Virus record (IMG/VR): IMGVR_UViG_3300040529_000001
Location: 1 to 59,638 of that record
Source of the DNA: a virus
Taxonomy: Duplodnaviria; Caudoviricetes
Length of the DNA: 59,638 bases
Direction: 5' to 3' (one strand)
The notes beneath the pieces are model-generated. The model did no database searches. It saw nothing but the letters and a program-made list of their open reading frames with translations, and was not told the DNA's origin. Both the position numbers and the translations under genes were made by a program. Shown in pieces: positions 52,117 through 59,638 of the stretch (position 1 is its first letter; every line of letters starts with the position of its first letter).

Positions 52117-52934
52117 CCGGCCCGGTGTGGGACGGCAAGGGCCGTGACCCCTGGTTGCCCCAGCGCCTGGACGCGCGGCTGGAGGCCGCCACCGTGGAGC
52201 GCGACATCCGGGCGGCCGTGTGGGCGGCGCTCTCGGACTGGCTGGTCCAGCTCTCGCGGCGCATCTTGCGCGGTGACGGGCGCCCGGACATGGACGCCGT
52301 GTGGGCCATGGTCCCGATGTGGCGGGACGCGGTGGACCTGATCTTGCGCGGCGAGATCCTGAAGGCCATCGGCCTGGCGTTTGAGAAGCTGCTGGGTACG
52401 GACTACCGCTGGACCCAGCGGCCGTTCGTCACGGCCTACCTGGCGGAGGTCCGTAACCGCCTGGTGCGCATCCCCGAGGAGGTCTACGACCTGGTAGCCG
52501 GGGAGGTGGCCAAGGGGGTCAACCTCGGGGAGTCGATCCCCAAGCTGGCCGCCCGCATTGACAGTGTCCTGTCAACCACCGGGTCCGAGCGCTGGCCGAA
52601 TCGCGCCACGGTGGTGGCTCGCACCGAGACCATCGGCGCGCTGAACGCTGGCCGGGCCGACGCGTTCCGGGCGGTAGCCGCCGACGCGGACGAGGAGCTG
52701 GAGATGTTCTGGCTGGCGACCGATGACAGCCGGACCCGGCATACCCACCGCGAGGCCGAGGGGCAACGCGTCCCCGTTGGGTCCGCGTTTGTCGTGGGTG
52801 GTCACGAACTCCGGTTCCCCGGCGACCCCAGCGGCCCGCCGCAGGAGGTCATCCAGTGCCGGTGCACCATGCTGCTGGTGGAGCCCGGGGAGTCCGTCGA
52901 TCTCAGCAACCGCCAGATGCGCCGGTCCCGGTAG
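52113..52934 (+). CDS. MuF-like minor head morphogenesis protein
   Basis: Motifs ARTETIGALN, WLATDDSRTRHTH and FPGDP.GPPQEVIQCRC. Confidence 0.9.
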   Translation: MTGPVWDGKGRDPWLPQRLDARLEAATVERDIRAAVWAALSDWLVQLSRRILRGDGRPDMDAVWAMVPMWRDAVDLILRGEILKAIGLAFEKLLGTDYRWTQRPFVTAYLAEVRNRLVRIPEEVYDLVAGEVAKGVNLGESIPKLAARIDSVLSTTGSERWPNRATVVARTETIGALNAGRADAFRAVAADADEELEMFWLATDDSRTRHTHREAEGQRVPVGSAFVVGGHELRFPGDPSGPPQEVIQCRCTMLLVEPGESVDLSNRQMRRSR

Positions 52935-52956
52935 CCTGGTCCAGGAGGAGGAAGTC

Positions 52957-54390
52957 ATGGGTACCAAGTTCCGGACGATGCTCGCGCCGATCGGTCTCTC
53001 CACGGGGGACGGCCGCCGGTTCGCTGACGGTGGGATCACGCTGGCGGACCTCCCGTTCTCGTTCGAGTGGGTCCGCTCCCGCGAGGGTGGCCACGATGGC
53101 GCCGTGGCCGTGGGCGCCGTGCAGGAGGCGGCCGTCCTGAGCGTCAAGGACGCGCTGGCCGGTGGCTGGGTGGACGCGGCCGACGCCAAGGGGATGGACC
53201 CCAAGATGACCGCCGTGTGGGCGCGCGGAACCATGTTCGATGACGTCGACCGCGAGGCCATGCCGCGCCTGGCCGAGGACGTGGCGGAAGCCATGCACCT
53301 GGCGTCCAACGGCACCCTGGGGCCGAGCGTCGATCTCGACTCGTTCGAGGGCGTGCCGGTCATGGAGGGCTCGGACGAGCCGGTCACCTGGGACGTGATC
53401 GAGGCCTACTACGAGGAGCACGGCGAAGAGCCCAAGCTGGAGCTGTTGATCACCGAGGGCCGGGTACGCGCCGCCACCCTGGTCTCCATTCCCGCGTTCG
53501 CCGAGACCTCCCGGCCGTTGCGCATGGACGAGCCGACCGACGAGGGCACCGAGGCCGCCGCCGAGCACGCGGCCGAGACCACCGAGCTGGCCCACGCCCT
53601 GGTGGCCAGCGTGGCCGCCCCGGCGCGCCCGGTGGTGGACGCGTTCGCCCTCCCCGTCCTGGACGGCCCCACGCCGATCACGTGGGACTGGGAGAACGGC
53701 CGGGTGTTCGGCCACATCGCTACCTGGTCCACGTGCCACGTCGGGTACGCGGACGTGTGCGTCACCGCGCCGCGCGACGAGTCCGGCGCCTACGCCTGGT
53801 TCAACCGCTTTCCGGTGGAGACCGAGGACGCGGGCACGGTCTGGGCGGGCCGGATCACGGTGGGCGGACGGCACGCCGGTCTGTCGCTGAACGCCAGCGC
53901 CGCCATGAGCGCCTACGACACCAAGACCACCGCCGCCCACGTGCGCGCCTACTCGGACGAGCACGGGATCGTGGTGGCCGGTCCCATCGTGCTGGCCGCC
54001 GACTCGCCGGACCGCGCGGTCCTGGACCGGCGCAAGGTGTCCGGCGACTGGCGCGAGACCCCCGAGGGCCTGAGCCTGGTGGAGGTGCTCGCGCTGTCCC
54101 CGGGGCCGCGCCAGCACGCGGAGCCGGGGTTCCCCATCCCCGGGACCTTCTCCGTGGCGGGCCGCCAGACCGCGCTCACGGCCGCCCTGGGTCCGGACCC
54201 GGACGGACTGACCCTCCTCCGCGCTCGGCCGCCCGTGGTGGACGTGGACGCTCTGGCCGCCGCCCTGGAGCGGCGTCAGGACGAGCGCGCCGCGCGCACC
54301 GAGGCCGCCGCCGAGCTGGCCGCCCTGATCGAGACCGAGACCAACAAGGAGCGCGCCGCCCTGGCGAGCGTGCTCGGACAAGGGGAGTAA
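52957..54390 (+). CDS. capsid maturation protease
   Basis: Motifs STGDGRRF, GHDGAVAVG, PSVDLD, ATLVSIPAF, GRVFGHIA.W..CH and SGDWR. Confidence 0.8.
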   Translation: MGTKFRTMLAPIGLSTGDGRRFADGGITLADLPFSFEWVRSREGGHDGAVAVGAVQEAAVLSVKDALAGGWVDAADAKGMDPKMTAVWARGTMFDDVDREAMPRLAEDVAEAMHLASNGTLGPSVDLDSFEGVPVMEGSDEPVTWDVIEAYYEEHGEEPKLELLITEGRVRAATLVSIPAFAETSRPLRMDEPTDEGTEAAAEHAAETTELAHALVASVAAPARPVVDAFALPVLDGPTPITWDWENGRVFGHIATWSTCHVGYADVCVTAPRDESGAYAWFNRFPVETEDAGTVWAGRITVGGRHAGLSLNASAAMSAYDTKTTAAHVRAYSDEHGIVVAGPIVLAADSPDRAVLDRRKVSGDWRETPEGLSLVEVLALSPGPRQHAEPGFPIPGTFSVAGRQTALTAALGPDPDGLTLLRARPPVVDVDALAAALERRQDERAARTEAAAELAALIETETNKERAALASVLGQGE

Positions 54391-54392
54391 CC

Positions 54393-54539
54393 ATGGGATG
54401 CGCGTGCAAGAAGGGCAAGAGCGGGACGTTCAAGGTCAAGTTGCCGGGTGGCCTGGAGGTCAGCAAGTCCAGCGAGTCCGCCGCCCTGGCGTTCGCGGCC
54501 AAGCACCCCGGCGCCAAGGTGATCAAGCCCGCCGCCTGA
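54393..54539 (+). CDS. 48-aa MGCxC microprotein (DUF7196-like); not in ORF track as such
   Basis: MGCACKKGKSGTFKVKLPGG...; GGGGAG RBS; typical of head modules. Confidence 0.7.
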   Translation: MGCACKKGKSGTFKVKLPGGLEVSKSSESAALAFAAKHPGAKVIKPAA

Positions 54540-54593
54540 CAGCGGCGCGCGGCCCTCGGGCCGCCCTGGGTTCCCCCGTGCCCAGGATGCGGA

Positions 54594-54624
54594 GAAGGCC
54601 CCCACCGGTTCGGTGGGGGCCTTC
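54594..54624. terminator. hairpin terminator between convergent units
   Basis: GAAGGCCCCCACCG-GTT-CGGTGGGGGCCTTC. Confidence 0.75.
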
Positions 54625-54633
54625 CTCGTCCCC

Positions 54634-54855
54634 TCAGGCGTAGTGCTCCACGAACAGCGGGAGCATGTCGTCCGGGTTGACCGGGGGGACCGCGCGCCAG
54701 CGGCCCGCCGCGTCCACCACGATGCCCCGGGGGTGGACCGCCATGCAGTCACCGCCGCAACCGCCCTCCACCGGGCACTGGGCCGGGGTGTTGCTGGAGC
54801 GGTTGGCGTGGAAGTCGGCGGACCATGCGCTCTGGTGTGCGTTCCCGTTGTTCAT
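54634..54855 (-). CDS. small Cys-containing hypothetical protein
   Basis: Leaderless from promoter/operator 54862-54890. Confidence 0.65.
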   Translation of the reverse strand: MNNGNAHQSAWSADFHANRSSNTPAQCPVEGGCGGDCMAVHPRGIVVDAAGRWRAVPPVNPDDMLPLFVEHYA

Positions 54856-54861
54856 GAGTCA

Positions 54862-54890
54862 ACCTTACCGTCTTGACTGCGAAGTGTCAA
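54862..54890 (-). promoter_or_regulatory. promoter/operator TTGACACTTCGCAGTCAAGACGGTAAGGT
   Basis: Consensus hexamers plus palindrome, preceded by a hairpin at 54897-54923. Confidence 0.8.
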
Positions 54891-54934
54891 ACGCAGGAGG
54901 CCCGGCCGGTTGGCCGGGCCTCGCTCGTGCTGGG

Positions 54935-55273
54935 TCAGTCAGCCATCCCGGCGAATGCCTCGCGCTGCCAGTCCGCGTACTGGAAGTCCATGGCTCGCTC
55001 TTGGTCCGCTGACATGTAGTGCTGGGGGCCGTGGCAGAGGTCGAGAGACAGACCGTGCTCGCACAGCGGGTGCACCAGGTCCCAGACCAGCGTCCAGTCC
55101 TGGGGGATGTCCGCGTAGCTGGAGCCCTTGTCGTGGTTGTCCACGGCCGCCTCATACACGTGGGCCGCTCCCACGAACCGGCGGAGGTAGGCCAGGGCCT
55201 GGGGCTCCGTGCTGAAGCCGACCCGGCGCGCCCGGCTCTCGGTGCCCTGCTGGATGTAGAAGAAGATCATCAT
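54935..55273 (-). CDS. hypothetical protein (CEHGLS..LC.GP.HY motif)
   Basis: GGGAAGGACCACCAGCCATG start motif; promoter at 55324-55352. Confidence 0.72.
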   Translation of the reverse strand: MMIFFYIQQGTESRARRVGFSTEPQALAYLRRFVGAAHVYEAAVDNHDKGSSYADIPQDWTLVWDLVHPLCEHGLSLDLCHGPQHYMSADQERAMDFQYADWQREAFAGMAD

Positions 55274-55323
55274 GGCTGGTGGTCCTTCCCGGGAGCGGGG
55301 GCCGTGCGCCCCCGACACCCAGA

Positions 55324-55352
55324 ACATTACCGCCTTGACTGCAAAGTGTCAA
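55324..55352 (-). promoter_or_regulatory. promoter/operator TTGACACTTTGCAGTCAAGGCGGTAATGT
   Basis: Consensus hexamers plus the palindrome. Confidence 0.8.
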
Positions 55353-55354
55353 CC

Positions 55355-55633
55355 TCAGTGATAGTCCAGACCCACCAGGTCACAGAACGCGCGGTCCCGC
55401 TTGCTCGTGCTCGGGTGCGCCAGCGCCCAGTCACAGGTCCCGGGGCCGCCCTCTATCGGCGGGTACCCGTCACAGAAATAGTTGCCGTTGTAGACCACCG
55501 GTTCCTGGCCGCACGCCGGGCACATCACCGCGCCAGACCGGCCCGCCGGGGAGACGATGCGCCCCTGGCGGCCATCCCGGTGCGCTGTGGCCTCGTCCTC
55601 CCACCAGCGGGCCGGGCGCGCCGTGGTGCTCAC
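55355..55633 (-). CDS. Zn-ribbon hypothetical protein
   Basis: CPAC..VVYNGNYFC...C; GTGA overlap. Confidence 0.65.
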   Translation of the reverse strand: MSTTARPARWWEDEATAHRDGRQGRIVSPAGRSGAVMCPACGQEPVVYNGNYFCDGYPPIEGGPGTCDWALAHPSTSKRDRAFCDLVGLDYH

Positions 55634-55938
55634 GGCGCGACCTTCCGGACCTCGCGCTGGAGCCACCGGCACCCGGCCGCCCAGACGTACCGCTCCTCCA
55701 GCCCCCCGCCCACCACCGGGGTCCACTCGAACGGCACGTGGCGCCAGCTCGTGAGGAGGTAGTCCGGGACGAACGAGGTATAGCCGGTGTTGCCCCCGAA
55801 CTCCTCCAGCGCCACGTTCACGCCGCGCCAGCCCGAGGTCCGCCAGCGCGAGTCTCGCTGGACCCGCCCCTGGACCCGGAGCGCGCTGGAGCCGTTGGTG
55901 ATGGTGGAGCCCACCTGGACCACCAGCGGCGCGCTCAT
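55630..55938 (-). CDS. hypothetical protein
   Basis: ATGA and GTGA overlaps. Confidence 0.6.
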   Translation of the reverse strand: MSAPLVVQVGSTITNGSSALRVQGRVQRDSRWRTSGWRGVNVALEEFGGNTGYTSFVPDYLLTSWRHVPFEWTPVVGGGLEERYVWAAGCRWLQREVRKVAP

Positions 55939-56219
55939 CCGGCCACCACCGGGAGGTGGACCCAGACCCAGCCATCGGCCGGAATCGGCACGGTCTCCAC
56001 GCTGACCCCGTCCACGCGGGCCACGCGCCACTGGCGCCAGGACGAGGGCTCCTCCACCTTCTGGCCCTCCACCTCCTCCACGATGATGTGCTCCGTCACC
56101 GCGCCGATCCACTGGCTGGGCCGGGGTCCGTTCGCCCCGATCGGGCTGACCACGAGCATGTCCCCGGTGGCCACCAGGGCGGCACTCACGCGAGCCGGGC
56201 GGATCTTGATCTCTTCCAT
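55935..56219 (-). CDS. hypothetical protein
   Basis: AGGGGAG RBS; overlap with the next gene. Confidence 0.62.
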   Translation of the reverse strand: MEEIKIRPARVSAALVATGDMLVVSPIGANGPRPSQWIGAVTEHIIVEEVEGQKVEEPSSWRQWRVARVDGVSVETVPIPADGWVWVHLPVVAG

Positions 56220-56272
56220 TGCTGCTCCCCTGAGGGTTGTGGGCGGGAGCCTCGCGGCCCCCGCCCGGTCGG

Positions 56273-56980
56273 TTACTTGCTGGCGCAGATCGGGCCGATA
56301 CCGGCTGCCCGGCTCGCCTCGTCCGTCAGGGTCCGGCCGCACCGGCCGCACTCGCCCAGCTCGTGGCCGTAGCGGATCATGGCCGCCTGGGGGTCCTGGG
56401 CGATCAGGGCCACGATCTCCCGGATGCGGGTCACGTTGCGGACCGCGTGCCACTCGTCGCTGGCCTGGATGTCCAGGAACACGAACCCCGGGCGACCGCC
56501 GTTCTTGACCTTGAAGAACTTCAGCGTCCCGTCCTCCTCCACCGCGTACCGGCCGTCCGCAACCTCCGCCATCGGGGCGGCCGGGGCCTTGCGGGCCGCC
56601 GCCTGGCGGAGTTCGCGCTCCTTGCCGATCAGCCGGGTGATCCAGTCGCTGGCGTTGCCCTGGCGGCCCGGGGTCCACAGTCCGCGCTCGGTCATCCCCA
56701 TGGTCCAGCTCGCAGCCTTGCAACCGGTCTCCAGGTCCAGCTCCCCGATCTGCTTGATCAGCTTCTCCATGAGCTGGGCCTGGGGGACGGTGCGGAGGTC
56801 GGCAACCTTGTCCGCCGGGACCAGGTTGAGGAGGTCATCCTGACCGGCCTCGGTGGCCAGCGCCGCCGCGTCGTCCCGGTAGTTGCGGCCGTTCGAGCCG
56901 ATGGCGGAGTGGAAGGTCTGGAGGAAGCGGGCGGTGTGGGGGTTCCGGGTGTAGTTCCGCTCGATCGTCTGGGTGCTCAT
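56273..56980 (-). CDS. DUF6011-domain protein
   Basis: C-terminal CGRCGRTLTDEASRAAGIGPIC; conserved start motif. Confidence 0.82.
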   Translation of the reverse strand: MSTQTIERNYTRNPHTARFLQTFHSAIGSNGRNYRDDAAALATEAGQDDLLNLVPADKVADLRTVPQAQLMEKLIKQIGELDLETGCKAASWTMGMTERGLWTPGRQGNASDWITRLIGKERELRQAAARKAPAAPMAEVADGRYAVEEDGTLKFFKVKNGGRPGFVFLDIQASDEWHAVRNVTRIREIVALIAQDPQAAMIRYGHELGECGRCGRTLTDEASRAAGIGPICASK

Positions 56981-57024
56981 GGCTGGTGGGCCTTCCCGTT
57001 CGGTGTGCCGTGCTGACAGGACAA

Positions 57025-57053
57025 ACATTACCGTCCTGACTGCGAAGTGTCAA
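57025..57053 (-). promoter_or_regulatory. promoter/operator TTGACACTTCGCAGTCAGGACGGTAATGT
   Basis: Consensus hexamers plus the palindrome. Confidence 0.8.
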
Positions 57054-57179
57054 CACCCGGGGAGGAGGACATCTGGGTCCGGTTGGCCGCCCCGGTGCTA
57101 CCCTGACGCTTGACACGCCAGCGTCAGGTCTCGGCCCGGCTGGAGGTCGATCAGCCCCCGACCGACTGAAGGCGGACCC

Positions 57180-58895
57180 ATGTACACGTTCCCGTTCGAC
57201 ATCCCGGCGGACCTGGGCGCCCTCAGCGCCGAGGAGTTCGCCGCATTCGTCGCCACCGTGCGGACCCACGCTCAGGCCACGCTCAGTGACCAGGCGTCCA
57301 CCCCCGAGGCCCTCGTGGCCACGCGTGAGCTGTTCGCCAGCGTCACCGCCGAGGACACCCGCCGGACCGAGCTGGCCACCCAGGCCGACGCCGCGCGCGC
57401 CGAGCTGGCCGCCGGTCTCGCCCCGACCGAGCCCGCGCCGGTCCCCGAGCCCACCCCGAGCCCCACGCCGGTCCCGGCGCCGGAGCCGGGCGGCACCCCG
57501 CCGGTCCCAGCCCAGCAGGCCAGCACCCTGGACCCGGCGCCCGAGACCCCGGCCGAGGTCCACGCGGTCATGGTCGCCAGCGCGGACGCCCCCGGCGTCC
57601 ACGGTGAGCTGGCCTCGTTCGCGGCGGCCGGTGAGCTGATCGAGCGTCGGCTGTCCAGCTACTCCACCAGCACCGCGCGGCGCGGCAACATGGCCGACCG
57701 GACCATGGGCAACAACCGGTTCGTGGTCGGTGGCCAGTCCTTCACGCGGCACGGCGGCATCCAGTTCCAGCGCCAGTTCCCCGCCGAGCTGCGGATCACG
57801 GACGGCAAGAACGCGCTGGCCGTGCTCGACTACGCGACCTCGGAGAAGCGCCTCCCCGGCGGTTCCCTCGTCGCGTCGATGGAGCACCAGGTCCGGCCGG
57901 TCAGCGAGGGTGGCCTGGGCAAGAGCCTGACTGCCGCCGTGGGCTGGTGTGCGCCGTCCGAGACGATCTACGAGCTGTGCGCTCTGGAGACGCTGGACGG
58001 AATGCTGGACATCGCCGAGGTCCAGGCGACCCGGGGCGGCTTCTTCATCCCCGAGAACGGCGGCCCCAACTTCTCCACCATCTACGACTCGATCGGGGAC
58101 GACGGTGACGTCATCCTGACCGAGTACGACGTGGAGAACGGCGTCGAAAAGGTCTGTGTCGAGATCCCCTGCCCGGACTTCGTGGAGGTCCGGCTGGACG
58201 TCGCGTACGTCTGCATCACCGGCTCTCTGCTCCAGCGCCGGGGCTACCCCGAGGCCGTGACCCGCTTCAGCCAGGGCGCCATGGTCGCGCTGGCCCACAA
58301 GGTCAACGAGTCCGTGATCGCGCGCATCGTCGCCGGTTCCGGCGCCCCGATCACCATCGCCCAGGACGCCAGCGGTGACGACGCGGCGAGCGCGCTGCTC
58401 TCGGCCGTGGAGCTGGCGATCGAGGACATGAAGTACCGGCACCGCATGGGCCGGGGCGCCACGATCGAGATCGTGCTCCCCGCGTGGGTCATCGCCCCGA
58501 TCCGGGCGGCCCTCGCCCGGCGCCAGGGTGTGGCCGCCATCAACGTGACGGACGCGGAGATCCTGGCCGCGTTCACCACGCGCAAGGCCGTGCCCCGGTT
58601 CGTCTACGACTGGCAGGACGCGTACTCCGGCCTCTCCGGCGGCCCGGGTGCCCAGACCGCCATCACGGCGTGGCCCGCTACCGTCCAGTTCCTGGCCTAC
58701 CCGGCCGGTACCTGGGTCAAGCCGGTCCGCGACGTGGTCAACCTGGACACCGTCTACGACAACGCGCTGCTGACCCAGAACCAGTACACGGCGCTGTTCC
58801 TGGAGGACGGTTTCAACGTCCTCAAGATGTGCGCGGACTCCCGGCTCTACTCGGTGACCATCGACGTCTCCGGCGTCGTCGGTTGCTGCCCGTAA
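57180..58895 (+). CDS. major capsid (hexamer) protein with N-terminal scaffold-like region
   Basis: 571 aa; helical and Pro-rich N-terminus; SLTAAVGWCAPSETIY, KVCVEIPCPDF..VRL and YDNALLTQNQYTALF motifs of cluster-B-like capsids. Confidence 0.88.
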   Translation: MYTFPFDIPADLGALSAEEFAAFVATVRTHAQATLSDQASTPEALVATRELFASVTAEDTRRTELATQADAARAELAAGLAPTEPAPVPEPTPSPTPVPAPEPGGTPPVPAQQASTLDPAPETPAEVHAVMVASADAPGVHGELASFAAAGELIERRLSSYSTSTARRGNMADRTMGNNRFVVGGQSFTRHGGIQFQRQFPAELRITDGKNALAVLDYATSEKRLPGGSLVASMEHQVRPVSEGGLGKSLTAAVGWCAPSETIYELCALETLDGMLDIAEVQATRGGFFIPENGGPNFSTIYDSIGDDGDVILTEYDVENGVEKVCVEIPCPDFVEVRLDVAYVCITGSLLQRRGYPEAVTRFSQGAMVALAHKVNESVIARIVAGSGAPITIAQDASGDDAASALLSAVELAIEDMKYRHRMGRGATIEIVLPAWVIAPIRAALARRQGVAAINVTDAEILAAFTTRKAVPRFVYDWQDAYSGLSGGPGAQTAITAWPATVQFLAYPAGTWVKPVRDVVNLDTVYDNALLTQNQYTALFLEDGFNVLKMCADSRLYSVTIDVSGVVGCCP

Positions 58896-58993
58896 CCCAC
58901 CCCCTTGACCGGTCCCCGGTCCCTGGCTACGCCCCGGCGTGAGTTCAGGATCAACCGACCGGGGACCGAACCACCTGAGGAGGTGAGACACGG

Positions 58994-59638
58994 ATGGCAC
59001 TGATTCCCGGAATGACCGTCCCGGCGCCCGAGCGGCTCCGGCGCCGGTATGGCCTGTTCGACGCGGCCAGCGGTCCGCTCGATCTCCCCGCACACGGGGA
59101 GGGCGGTGGGCTCCGGTTCGTGCCGGTCTCCTGCGGCCAGTCGCGCGCCTACGGCGTGGCTTGCTACGGCACCGGCGAGGGTGAGACCCCGGCCCCCGTC
59201 AAGCCCCTGGACGGGGACGTGGCTGAGGTCGAAACCGGCGTGTTCGTCGCCCTGGCCACGCTGAACTGTGGCGCGGTGGGCTATCGGACCAGCGAGTATG
59301 AGGCCAAGGTCCGGCGCCGCCTGGAGGACACCGAACAGGCGTCTGTCGAGGAGGCCCTGTGGACCGGTCTGGACTTCGAGGACAACGCGCTGGGCATCCT
59401 CAACCTTGACGGTGAAGCGTCAAGCATCACGGCCGACTACGACCCCGGTCTCATCACGGACGTGGTGGGCGCCCTGGAGCGATACGCCTACACGACCCAG
59501 CAATACGGGAACCAGGCCTACATCCACGCGCCGGTGGAGGTGGCCGCGTTCGCGGCTGAGGCCGGGCTGATCATCGTCGATGGCCAGCGCAAGGTCACCC
59601 CGATGGGAAGCGTCTGGGCGTTCGGCGCGTACCCGTCC
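58994..59638 (+). CDS. putative major capsid pentamer / minor capsid protein (5' part; continues at 100..273)
   Basis: GAGGAGGT RBS; MALIPGMTVPAPERLRRRYGLFDAA...; open to the contig end and in frame with 1..273. Confidence 0.72.
   Translation, partial: MALIPGMTVPAPERLRRRYGLFDAASGPLDLPAHGEGGGLRFVPVSCGQSRAYGVACYGTGEGETPAPVKPLDGDVAEVETGVFVALATLNCGAVGYRTSEYEAKVRRRLEDTEQASVEEALWTGLDFEDNALGILNLDGEASSITADYDPGLITDVVGALERYAYTTQQYGNQAYIHAPVEVAAFAAEAGLIIVDGQRKVTPMGSVWAFGAYPS

Noticed and set aside
22327-57053. CRISPR array formed by the recurring ~29-bp repeats
   Set aside because: The repeats are dispersed, in both orientations, without regular spacers or cas genes; they are promoters and operators.
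56835-59093. Long antisense ORFs (e.g. 56835-59093, 39608-41737, 30517-32502, 23696-25618, 33950-35734)
   Set aside because: These are shadow ORFs caused by high GC3 on the coding strand; they have no motifs or RBS.
59540-59638. 99-bp terminal repeat as a biological direct terminal repeat
   Set aside because: It falls mid-gene and its length matches a common assembler k-mer. It is best read as a circular assembly overlap; real ends need read-based analysis.

Overview
The window is a complete, circularly closed genome of a high-GC (~70%) tailed dsDNA actinobacteriophage. Bases 1-99 equal 59540-59638, giving a unique length of about 59,539 bp, and the ORF starting at 58994 reads through the junction. 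It is a siphovirus with a virion gene set resembling mycobacteriophage cluster B: TerS/TerL, portal, MuF-like head protein, maturation protease, large capsid protein plus a putative second (pentamer) capsid protein, major tail, tape measure and two His-rich minor tails. It also carries a three-gene glycosyltransferase/methyltransferase block, an endolysin with holin, and a replication module (RuvC, YqaJ exonuclease, two SSB-like paralogs, SF2 helicase and a 1432-aa primase-helicase-PolA fusion). I found no integrase, ParAB or CRISPR, so it is probably lytic. Four non-coding features stand out. (1) A palindromic TGAC-N8-GTCA site occurs at least 27 times, both over the -35 box of most accessory promoters and inside essential genes. 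(2) Two structured ncRNA candidates start at predicted transcription starts (25855-25993; 29032-29310, which contains a non-canonical tRNA-like domain). (3) Two near-antipodal G6/C6 inverted-repeat elements share a core and are candidate origins. (4) Many genes appear to be leaderless. All family names come from recognising motifs by eye, not from database searches.
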